Assembly (NCBI GenBank): GCA_019058245.1
Contig: JAHPZJ010000015.1
Span: 62,581 to 126,580, forward strand
Source: Promethearchaeota archaeon
Lineage (GTDB): Archaea > Asgardarchaeota > Lokiarchaeia > Sigyniarchaeales > SOKP01
Length of the DNA stretch: 64,000 nt
Direction: 5' to 3'
Both the position numbers and the translations under genes were made by a program. Shown piece by piece: positions 18,123 to 28,300 of the stretch. Position 1 is the first letter of the stretch. The number at the start of each line of letters is the position of its first letter. Under the pieces are notes generated by a model that saw only the letters and a program-made list of their open reading frames with translations, did not search any database and was not told the DNA's origin.

Positions 18123-19985
18123 TTAGCTTAAATGATAATTATCTAATAATTCTCGCTTTCTTGTCTTAATATCATCAAAAGTAATTTGTTGTTCAAAGAA
18201 GAAATCGAAAGGATCTTTAAGGTCTTCTAATAATTCTTTAGAGTAAAAGTGTTTATAAAGATATTTACCTTTTTCAGTTATTTTTAGAATTTTATCATTT
18301 GATTGGGATATTAAATTTTCTTCAATTAATTCTTTGATTACAGATACGATCCCTTTTTCCTTAAATAGATATAAACCAAAAGAAGCAAACTCTGTATAGA
18401 CTTCTTCACCCTTCATCAAAGATTTTTGAAAATTCTCATCTAATTGTTTAACTGTAATTTCCAAATCATAATTATCAAAGTAAACAGCTAATATCCATTT
18501 AATTATGAATTCTCTAAAATTTTCTTCATATTTCATTTGAAATTTCTCATACTCAATTTCTTCATTATGGAAAACAATTATTTCAATAAATATTTCTATC
18601 ACTTCTTTAAATATCAAGAGACATACGAATATTGCAATAATTGGATCAAAATAATAAAAAAATGGTATTCCTATTGCCGTTCCAAAACTCGATAACAGAG
18701 CACCTAACATAATACTGATAGATAAGATGATATTTATCTTAGAATCTATTGCACTTGCAATCAGAGAGGAATTTCTATTTTTTTTTCCAATGAAATTTTT
18801 CAAAATTCTTAGATATGTATTCAAAAAAATTGAAATAATTGCTATAGTTATAATGAATATTATATTAGACTCAGGTTCAGGACCTATGATTAAAGATTGA
18901 ATTGAATTAATTAGAATAGAAATAGCAGTGAATCCCATTAAGCATATTAAGATAATATTTATTAATTTTTCTTTTTTAAATCTAATGCCAATTCCAATTA
19001 AAACTACTGCTACACAGTCAAGAAAATTCTCAAAACCTTCTGCTAATAAAGACTCTGAATTAAATAATCCAATAAAAATTTTTAGAAGACTCAGAGAAAA
19101 TAATCCTAGAAAGGATTTTATCAATACGCTATTACTATTTAATATTTTTTCGTATTTTTTCGTTTGAAAATTTAATGCATTTGTCCAGATTTTTTCTTGC
19201 CGTTGACCACTTTCGTTAAGTGAGACAATATCATTTTTAATATCGGCAAAACCAAGAGCACATAGATAATAAACGCTAGATTTTGCCGTTTGATCATCAA
19301 AATAAACATTCGGTATAAATATATTAAACATACCATTGATTAGTTCTTTTAAATTCAGAAAACTAAGACTATTAGAATTAGTTTTCTTTAGATAATACAA
19401 AGCAGCATATTCTATTCTATTAATAGGGAACAACTCATACTTCCTTCTATGGAAAGCAACAACTATTATTCTAATGAGAGAATTTATTGTAAGCAAAATC
19501 ATAGCGATTAAAGAAAGATAAAAAAAATAAACAAATTCATCAATGATAAATGGATGTTCAGAAGTTTGAACAAAGATATATATTAAGATGAAAAAGTATA
19601 CGAATGTCAAATAAAAACTAATTAAACCTCTATATAAGCCTTTTATGTGAAACTGCTTAAAGATAATATTAAACGCATGAGTTAAGTAATGCCCTACAAA
19701 GAAAAGTGACATACAAGTTAAAGTAAAACTCCAAAGAAAACTCCCTGTCAATGAAAATTCTATTATTATTAATGATGTTGAGAGTATAAAGTATATAGGA
19801 ACTAATTTTTTCGGATCTAACTCCCAATTGAACTTATGTGTTAGAAAATGAGCAATATTTAATGCTACTGCTATTACAATTAAGAAACTCAAATAAATTG
19901 TATTATATATAATAAACTCTATTAAAAATAGAGTGATAGATAACAAAATAAATCCAATTATGATTGCTATATACTGCCACTTCAT
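18123..19985 (-). CDS. Cation diffusion facilitator-like membrane protein with extra N-terminal TMs and wHTH-like domains
   Basis: CDF-like S..LLAEG.E...D, S.LIASA.D...N and DPI.A segments; wHTH-like segments ..LGF......V.L.E.G and LIEENLI......KITEKG. Confidence 0.7.
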   Translation of the reverse strand: MKWQYIAIIIGFILLSITLFLIEFIIYNTIYLSFLIVIAVALNIAHFLTHKFNWELDPKKLVPIYFILSTSLIIIEFSLTGSFLWSFTLTCMSLFFVGHYLTHAFNIIFKQFHIKGLYRGLISFYLTFVYFFILIYIFVQTSEHPFIIDEFVYFFYLSLIAMILLTINSLIRIIVVAFHRRKYELFPINRIEYAALYYLKKTNSNSLSFLNLKELINGMFNIFIPNVYFDDQTAKSSVYYLCALGFADIKNDIVSLNESGQRQEKIWTNALNFQTKKYEKILNSNSVLIKSFLGLFSLSLLKIFIGLFNSESLLAEGFENFLDCVAVVLIGIGIRFKKEKLINIILICLMGFTAISILINSIQSLIIGPEPESNIIFIITIAIISIFLNTYLRILKNFIGKKNRNSSLIASAIDSKINIILSISIMLGALLSSFGTAIGIPFFYYFDPIIAIFVCLLIFKEVIEIFIEIIVFHNEEIEYEKFQMKYEENFREFIIKWILAVYFDNYDLEITVKQLDENFQKSLMKGEEVYTEFASFGLYLFKEKGIVSVIKELIEENLISQSNDKILKITEKGKYLYKHFYSKELLEDLKDPFDFFFEQQITFDDIKTRKRELLDNYHLS

Positions 19986-20281
19986 ATTTTTCTGCGAAGG
20001 TAAATTTAATCTATTTTAGATTCTATTATTGGATTATAAAATTCTTTATATTTGAAAGGATTTTTTCTTGTTCTATAAATTATATTAGTTCTAAATATAA
20101 ATATTAAAAATTTAAACTCTTCTGCCTTTTTTATAATAAAAGAAACTCATTTGTTTTATTGAAGAATCTGATTTTTAGAGAGAAAATAAATTGGTAGGAT
20201 CCTTAAAAAAAGATACATCTCTCTTAATTGTAAGGTTGCATGATTATCAAGAGAGAAAAACCATCTAGTTATGCTTAATAT

Positions 20282-21001
20282 TTATTTAGTCAAAAAGGAA
20301 CTCATACAGTAAAAAAGATAAAATCCTAGTAATGTTACCCAAGGTAAAGCGATGAGAAACATTGTATTTGACGATAGGTAATGACACCATTTTAGAATGA
20401 AAAACTCATGCAATACTATAAAAACATGGTATATTCCATAAAATAAGGGAAATGAGGTCCATATCTCAAAAAATCGAGAATTTTTCGATATTTTAACATT
20501 TTTTATTTGCATAATATTCGTCAAAAAATCAAGTTCTGAATGCATCCTTGGAATTAATAGTGAGATAATAATAATTAGAACCTCAATTAATGGAAAAATG
20601 CTGGCGGCGATTATAAAGAATTTATCTAAAGGCGTGTATGGAATATGATCATAAAAACACACAATCGAGAACGTATTATAATATATTAGAATCCAGAACT
20701 CAATGGAAATTCCCAAAGCAAAAAAAAACACAAGAAATTTTGAAAACAAGTCAATAGAAAGAAAATTCTTAAAAAGGAAGCAGAGTGAAATAAGCCAAAA
20801 ACACAAATAAAAAAACTCAAGATAATATAGATAAACGGGTTCAAATTCATTAAAAAAAACCTTATATCCGTCAAGCCATACAAAAAAACCAACAAAAATA
20901 GCCATAAGTGGAACTGAGGCTTTCAAGATAAGAGAAAAAGAATTAAAAAATGAATGAATCTTATCTTTTTTTTTAGCTAGTTTGGTATGGATAACCTTCA
21001 C
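20282..21001 (-). CDS. Hypothetical multi-pass membrane protein
   Basis: 239-aa ORF with about 6 hydrophobic segments. Confidence 0.6.
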   Translation of the reverse strand: MKVIHTKLAKKKDKIHSFFNSFSLILKASVPLMAIFVGFFVWLDGYKVFFNEFEPVYLYYLEFFYLCFWLISLCFLFKNFLSIDLFSKFLVFFFALGISIEFWILIYYNTFSIVCFYDHIPYTPLDKFFIIAASIFPLIEVLIIIISLLIPRMHSELDFLTNIMQIKNVKISKNSRFFEIWTSFPLFYGIYHVFIVLHEFFILKWCHYLSSNTMFLIALPWVTLLGFYLFYCMSSFLTK

Positions 21002-21245
21002 AATATATTCTAAGAAGTGTTTCTATATAAAAACAATATACACAAATTATGTAATATTCTTCAGCTATCCAAACAATACAAGTTAAATTTCTTATATCTC
21101 AAAGAGTTTGAATAATATTATGCATTTATAACTTATTTAGTGCATGTTTGGTTTATTAATAATAATAAAAATTTATGGTCTTTAATCTTTTTAATAACTA
21201 AAAATCTTACTTTAATTATATAAACATATTTTTGAGAAGAAAAAG

Positions 21246-22577
21246 TTGGTACGTCCACAAGTAGAAAAAAATATTTGTCTTCGGTGTAAAGGTGCACGGT
21301 TATTATGTGGAAAAAAAACATGTCCAATTTTATTAAAAAAATCCGTAATGAAGTCCTTAGTCCCCTTTGAATTAGATAAGATGAGAAGAGATGTGGAGAT
21401 TTTTGGATCCAGTCCACCTGGATTTTTCGTTGGGCGTTTTAATTATCCAAATGTATATATAGGGCCATTAGTGCCATTTCAAGAATTTGAGACGGGGCTT
21501 GATATTTCAGATTATCATATTTTAGATGCTCCTGAACTCTGGTTTGGTAAAGAAATGGTAGATGTTATTCGCTACAGGAGTAGTTTAGTAAGGAGTAATT
21601 TTAAAACAAATGTTTTCATTGGACGAAAGTCAAGAAAAAGTACTCCTTCATTAAAGACTCAAAGACTCTTAGAAACATCACAGGAATTGTCGATGGCTGC
21701 GAGACCAGTAGATACTGAAACTAAACTTGAGCGTATGAATCTAAGAATGATGATGGATAACCATGCCTTACCAATGGGACCTTCTGGAATAACTGAAAGA
21801 ATTCAAATTGCTGAAAATACAAAAATTCATCCTCAAGTGGAATATTGTGTTTCAGATACTGATTTACCTGCAGCAGAAGCTGTTTCAGAAAACTTATATT
21901 TTAAAGGACATGTTCCTGAATCAACAATTAAAAGAGTCTTTTCAGCAGGATTATTAGGTGAGAAAAATAGACGCAGAATTGTTCCTACTAGATGGACTAT
22001 AACTGCTGTTGATGATATAATATCTAAAGCTTTAATTAAAGAAATCAAAAAATTTCCAGAAATAAATGATTACAGGATCTTCGAAGCAACCTATCTCGAT
22101 AATCATTTTAAGATTTTATTATTTCCAGGAAAATTTATTTATGAGATGAATGAAGTTTGGGCACCTAATACATTATGGAATATTTCTCTTGATGGTAATA
22201 ATCGTAATTTAAAACCACAGATAATGACTGATTTCGAATTTTATAGTGGAAGAAAATCATATGCCAGCAATATAACTGGAGCCTATTATGCAGCAAGGAA
22301 GTCAGTTTGTGAATATCTTTATAAAATAAGAAGACAAGCGAGAGTTTTAATTTTTCGAGAGGTTTCTGGAGGTTATGTTGTTCCACTTGGAGTATGGGTT
22401 ATTAGATCGACTGTTGAGAATGCTATGTTCACACAAGATCCTGTTATCTTAGATAATTTCAACGATTCGTTAAAAAAAATGGCAGAGGGCTTCATGGTTG
22501 ATTATAAATACTGGAAAAAAAGTAGTAAATTAATTAATTTCATAAAAACTCAAGACACTTTAGATAGATTCTTATAG
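21246..22577 (+). CDS. nreA: Nre-family archaeal DNA repair protein
   Basis: N-terminal CxxC.G...LCG...CP, GSSPP..FVG..NYP.V, VPTRWTITAVDD, GAYYAAR, C-terminal PIP-like QDTLDRFL. Confidence 0.9.
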   Translation: MVRPQVEKNICLRCKGARLLCGKKTCPILLKKSVMKSLVPFELDKMRRDVEIFGSSPPGFFVGRFNYPNVYIGPLVPFQEFETGLDISDYHILDAPELWFGKEMVDVIRYRSSLVRSNFKTNVFIGRKSRKSTPSLKTQRLLETSQELSMAARPVDTETKLERMNLRMMMDNHALPMGPSGITERIQIAENTKIHPQVEYCVSDTDLPAAEAVSENLYFKGHVPESTIKRVFSAGLLGEKNRRRIVPTRWTITAVDDIISKALIKEIKKFPEINDYRIFEATYLDNHFKILLFPGKFIYEMNEVWAPNTLWNISLDGNNRNLKPQIMTDFEFYSGRKSYASNITGAYYAARKSVCEYLYKIRRQARVLIFREVSGGYVVPLGVWVIRSTVENAMFTQDPVILDNFNDSLKKMAEGFMVDYKYWKKSSKLINFIKTQDTLDRFL

Positions 22578-22902
22578 CTTTCTCAATTAAATTATGGAAA
22601 TAATTCCATGATTATTGATATACTTATTTATCCTTTTTCTAAAATAGGTAATTGAAACAATATATATTAGATACCAAACGCTATTAAAATATTAAAAATG
22701 CCATATAATTTTTCAACCTTAAGAGTTTCATATTTTTAATATTTTTTTTTAATTCTTCTATTTTATTCATCTTTTTCTTTTATTTTCAATAGCCGATTAG
22801 TTTAAAAATTATCTACACTATTTTTAATCAATTAATTTGATTTTAGAAAAGAACTATCTTAGATTTCTGAAAAATATATATAAAATAAAATAGAAAATAA
22901 TT

Positions 22903-24105
22903 ATGTCATCTAAACCTATAGTGTATTGGGCATCTCCAATTGAGGTAGCTGCTATGCCTAATACATCAAAAAATATGGTTACTAATAATCTAGTGAAGAC
23001 AAGACTTATCTTAGATAAAATCTTAGACCATATTAGACCTGGTGATAAAGTAGGAGTAAAAGTTCATGTTGGGGAAGCTCAAAATACACGCTATTTACGT
23101 CCAGATTATGTTCGTGAAGTAGTAACTGCTATTAAAGCCAAACAAGGAAAACCAACACTTATTGAAACTCAAGGTCTTGGAAATAATATTGAAAATATTG
23201 GAATATGTGAAGATTATTCTATATGTGTTGGTCATCGGAAAAACGTTGAAGATCATAAAAAAATAGCTGAACTCCATGGATATTCAGATGCCATCACAGG
23301 AGCATCTCTTTACTTCATTGACGGAGATGAAGGAATCGATAGGAAAGTTATTCAGATAGAAGGAATTCATTTCAAAGAGGTTTCCGTAGCAAAAAAATTA
23401 TTTGAATTTGATAAACTTGTAATAATTTCTCATTTTAAAGGACATCCCCAAGCGGGATTCGGGGGTGCTCTAAAAAATTTGGGGATTGGATGTGTATCTA
23501 AAAGAAATAAGTATTTAGCTCATTTAGATGGGCTACTCAAAATAAATATAGAAAAATGTGATCTTACATTATGTCAGCAAGAGTGTGTAAACTCATGCCC
23601 AGTGAGTGCTATTAAAGTTGATGGTGAACATGCTATAATTGATGCTTCTGTCTGCTATGGATGTTCTCATTGTATGCGAAAATGTCCTGTTGAAGAAGCA
23701 ATAATAGGACCAGAAATGAGAAAAGTTCCTGATTTTGTCGAGAGATTTATAGATAATGTTTTGGCTGTTCTAAGTTTTGGACCTAAAAAAATTCGCTATA
23801 TTAATTTTGCAATTGATATTCCAGCTATGTGTGATTGTGTTCCAAATGCTAGTGTACCAGTAGTACCAGATCTCGGGATTTATGGATCAACTGATCCTAT
23901 AGCTATTGATAAAGCTTGTATTGATGCGGAAACAAATGCTCCAGGCCTTCCTTTCTTAAATAAGGATGGAGAATGGACCAAACCACTTGAAGTGGGGATT
24001 GAAAAATTTAAAACTCTAAATCCTATGGTAAATCCAGCATATCAATTCAATGCTGCTATTAAGAATAAACTTGGTTCCATAGACTATGAACTAGTAAAGA
24101 TATAA
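22903..24105 (+). CDS. DUF362 Fe-S protein with inserted ferredoxin
   Basis: KVHVGE, SHFKGH...FGGALKNLG.GC, two ferredoxin motifs, CDC, DP.AID.A. Confidence 0.88.
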   Translation: MSSKPIVYWASPIEVAAMPNTSKNMVTNNLVKTRLILDKILDHIRPGDKVGVKVHVGEAQNTRYLRPDYVREVVTAIKAKQGKPTLIETQGLGNNIENIGICEDYSICVGHRKNVEDHKKIAELHGYSDAITGASLYFIDGDEGIDRKVIQIEGIHFKEVSVAKKLFEFDKLVIISHFKGHPQAGFGGALKNLGIGCVSKRNKYLAHLDGLLKINIEKCDLTLCQQECVNSCPVSAIKVDGEHAIIDASVCYGCSHCMRKCPVEEAIIGPEMRKVPDFVERFIDNVLAVLSFGPKKIRYINFAIDIPAMCDCVPNASVPVVPDLGIYGSTDPIAIDKACIDAETNAPGLPFLNKDGEWTKPLEVGIEKFKTLNPMVNPAYQFNAAIKNKLGSIDYELVKI

Positions 24106-24129
24106 AAATTATTTATTTTTATTTTTAAC

Positions 24130-24489
24130 TTATTCATCTATAATATTACTAAATAAATTTCCAAAAAGATTTATTTGTCCACTAACAATACCTCTTGAGA
24201 TATACATAAACGGAGTATCTACAACACAAAAAAACCATTTAGTTAAAATTTGCCCTCAAAGAATTGACCAAATAGGTATCAAAACACTAGAAGCAATATT
24301 TACAAAAATAATACTACCCAGCGTAAGTGTAGGGATATCAATAAATACATTTCTTAACCATAGTTTTTTATCTTTTGTCACCCTTTTATACTTGGCAAAT
24401 AAAAGCGCATCAATGTTTTCGGTTATTAAGAAAGCAATCCAAAAAGCTGCTGTTATTCTTAGTGTCGATTTTTTAAAAAATTGTTGTAT
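24130..24489 (-). pseudogene. Truncated queuosine-precursor transporter (YhhQ/Vut_1-like) remnant
   Basis: Manual translation ..LRITAAFWIAFLITENIDALLFAKYK..KKLWLRN..IIFVNIA..IL*GQILTKWFFCVVDTPFMY..; no start codon, 5' half missing, in-frame TGA at 24256-24258. Confidence 0.75.
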
Positions 24490-24490
24490 T

Positions 24491-25012
24491 TTAAATATCT
24501 AATCTAATTTTTATAATATCAAAAATTAATATTCCGATTGTTGCTAGAATTACCTCAGCTATTAATACTTGAATAAAACTCAACCAGATAGGCAATCCAA
24601 AAGCATAATTAAGTGCAATCGCAACATAAATCGAAATTATAATCGCGTACAAAATCCCACCCAAATATTTCAGAAGTTTTTTTTCTCTAAAGATTATAAT
24701 ACAATAAAGCGCTGGCACGTTCACGATACAACTAATTAAGTCAATCGCTCCTAAGGGTGAGTTCAGATTTACAAAGAATACTCCAATAACTTTTCCAATC
24801 AATCCTTCCCGAGGAAATAAAATACACATCCCTACAATTAGTTCAGCTACCCTGAATTGTAATCCAAGATAGCTTATCGGTTGGAAAATATATCCTAGGG
24901 CGATATAGAGAGCAGCAGTAATAGCAGTCAATGCTACTTGGAGACTTTTATCTCTTTCTTTTAATTTTTCAAATTTATTATCCTGTGATTTACTTATACT
25001 TTCCGATTCCAT
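24491..25012 (-). CDS. queT: QueT-family transporter
   Basis: AALY.AL....PISY..LQFRVAE and SPLG.ID motifs. Confidence 0.85.
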   Translation of the reverse strand: MESESISKSQDNKFEKLKERDKSLQVALTAITAALYIALGYIFQPISYLGLQFRVAELIVGMCILFPREGLIGKVIGVFFVNLNSPLGAIDLISCIVNVPALYCIIIFREKKLLKYLGGILYAIIISIYVAIALNYAFGLPIWLSFIQVLIAEVILATIGILIFDIIKIRLDI

Positions 25013-25334
25013 ATTTTACACCTTTGATTTTCTATGATAATTCAATATTTCTATTTACAGTCCCATCCTAAAGGAACTTCAAAACATATTATTATAATGT
25101 GTTGAATATTAGAAAAATTATAAAGTTTATTTTCTAAATATTTGTAAATTAGAATAATTTTTTTCAAGAAATAAATCGATTTTGTAGAATAATTTTATTC
25201 AAATAGATTCACAATAGAACACCAATGAATATATATTCTATTGTAATAGAAACCTTAGTTTTAAAAATGTGTTATTTCTTATTTAGATTAATTTCAGTTT
25301 TTTTAAAAACTAGCTTTAGAAAAGGTTGATTTAA

Positions 25335-28300
25335 ATGAATATTCCCCAGAAGAAAAAGTCAATTTCTATAATAATCGCGATAAATTGTATTATTTTATTT
25401 TCAAATATTATTAATATATCTATTTTTAATCTGTCTTCCAACGAAGGTGGTTCAGATGAGGATCTTGAGGTTAAAATTCCCGATAATATCAAACTTGCTA
25501 ATAATAATGATCCAGAAATAGAAATTGGATCTATTGAAAATCGAGAAGGAAAAATTTTTTGTGATATAAGTACTTCAGATACTGATTTATATGTTAATCG
25601 ATATCAACCAGGATTAAGTATTCAACCCGAATTGTTTCTTCAAAATTGGAATATAACACACGCTAGAATGCAATTTGAGAATATTTATGCCTTAAATTAC
25701 ACAAAAAATATTGAAACAGAATATTCAGAATATATTGTGAGTTCTGAAAAAGGGCCTAAATACATTTATCAGATGTTTTCTGTAGAATTGAGTCAATATG
25801 TTAATAATGTGAGTATTTTTATTTTAGACGTCTTTAATCCTGCAAATTATACAGATTGGGAAATTGCTATTGTAAATTGTTCTAATAGTGGGACACCTAA
25901 TCAATTTGAGACACTGGGAAAATTGAGGAAATCAGTACCAATTGGAATGAATGCAAAGCCTCATTGGGAAACCTTTGATTTTAAAAATTCTGATGGTTCT
26001 ATTTATTTAAATAAATCTAATACATATAGAACAGTAGAAAATGAAATAAATAAATATTGGTTTGCAATAAGGGTAGAGATACCTTGTGGAAATCCTGCTC
26101 AAAACCTAAAATTTCTATATTTCAACCCAGATGGAGATACTTATTCCGATATAGGAGAAGGAGAAACATTTGCCCAATCCCCAGAATTTACTTTTGATAA
26201 TTATACTTTAAACTATGTTAAAGAAAATCGTACTATAAATGGAACAATTATTAAAGGAGGAATAGAATCTTTTAAAAATTGGACTGATGATAATAGATAT
26301 ATAGTAGAAAATGAATCACGATTTGTTAATATAACAACTAGATTTGAGTTAGAAGAATTAAAAAACTCCAGATTGAATTGGTCTCAATTAAATAAAACCC
26401 TTTTATGGGGTATTAAGCATAATGATCTTAATTGGTGGATTAGAGATCATTATAAATATGTTTATAGTATTGACTTAAATCTTGCAATAAATGTAAGTAA
26501 TAAGGATGGGATTAAAAATGCTAATTTAACTTTTTTTAATTGGATAGATAAAGTTTGGAATACATCTTATGTTATCTCTTTTGAAAATTTAACACAAACA
26601 GATGAAATGTTAATAAATTATAGAATAAAAGATCCAATTACTAAAGCAATTTACATAGTAGCAGGTATTAATAGTAAAGAAAATCAAAATAATTCTCTTA
26701 AATTTAAATTTGAATATGAAAGCAATGGAACAAGTGATTTTAATGTTTCAATTAATCAATTTACTGTGGAGATTGGAGAATTAGAAGAACTTACAACAAT
26801 CCAACCACATGACCCCCAAATACAAAAGCTCTATTATTGTAATAATGTTACTCAATCAAATGGGACAATGGATTTTGAATCAGACGGAACTATTGAAGCT
26901 TTGAAATTTAATAATGATGATAAAAGAATTCAAAATAGAGCAGAAACAAACAATATTTCAATCGAATTTACCTTTGATGTTTTAACTGAGCTAAACAATT
27001 CACTATGGGATGTAGACTTCTATGATTGGATAACAGTTAATCCATATCCTATAATTCCTATAACGGAAATTAGGGTACAATCGAATGTTAGCATCAGTCA
27101 TAAAAATAACATCACCTTAGCAGTTTTAGAATTCTTTAAAGGAAACAATACGAGCGAATTTCTTTCAGATGAGCAAAATGATGCGTCTTGGATTCGTGTT
27201 AGTGAAACTAATAGAACTTTTGCTTTTACCGAAGAACAAACAGAACTGGTATATCTAGATGCCGGTTTTACATGGATTTTCTTACAATTTCTAAATAGGA
27301 GCAATAATAATACTATTAAAATGCGGTTAAGATATCAAACTAATGTGTCTGATGGAGACCCTGACTGGGCATTTAATGTATCAATAAATCATGTGAGCAT
27401 TAATTTTTATATACAAAATGCTTATTCTTCTGATATAGCTTCGAAAATAGGTTTAGGTTTGAAAAGTGCAACTTTATCTCCAAGTCTTATTAAGATGCAA
27501 AATTTAGGTTTAAATATCACCGATAATGGTTATCAAAGAGGAATTTGGGAAGCCGATATAAGTGATGGATCTCCAACTGAAGCTTTTTTCAATTTTAATG
27601 TGACATCTATTTGGCCAGAAATTATTTTTGATGTTAGTGGAATTTATACAATAGAACATTCTCAGAGTTATATTTGGGAATATAAGTTAGATGATTCTGT
27701 ACAAAAGGTTCTATGGAATGTAAGTTCAGATATTTCCTACTATGATTATATTGATTATACTACTTTGCAGAATAGTCAGGGTTTACAAATTATTGTTCCA
27801 TCAGATTGGGAATTAATGGAAATTTATGATTGTTCTGTTTCCCCGCCCAATCCCAATGGAGGGTGGTTTTCAACCAGTCAATCTGCTGGTCATTTTAACA
27901 CAATAACAGTATATAATATATATGATGGTTCTTGGAAGATAAGCTTGAATTCATCAAAAAGTACACTCTTATTGAACGTAAATTCAACCAGTACATACAT
28001 TGATAAAATGATAAAAACAGACATCGATATTAAAGAAAATTATGGGGGGAATATATATTTAAAAATTTATAACTCTAGCTCAGCCCTTATTTTTAGTCAA
28101 ATTACTACACTAAATGAAAGTAGCTTAGAACATTCAGCTTCTTATTATTGGGATATTTTTTCAACAACAACATCAGGGGGAACTTATTACTTAAAAGCTT
28201 TTTGGATTTTATATAATGAAACACATACGTTTCTGGCGTTAAATATAACAGAAATTGTGGTATCTAAATATAAAGTTGCTCTAGAAATACTAAATAATCA

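Noticed and set aside
24256-24258. In-frame TGA as possible selenocysteine
   Set aside because: It lies in a 5'-truncated transporter remnant at a non-catalytic position with no convincing SECIS; more likely a nonsense mutation
25211-25244. Inverted repeat ACAATAGAA-N16-TTCTATTGT upstream of the 1347-aa gene
   Set aside because: AT-rich arms with a long spacer are plausible by chance; no supporting second copy seen
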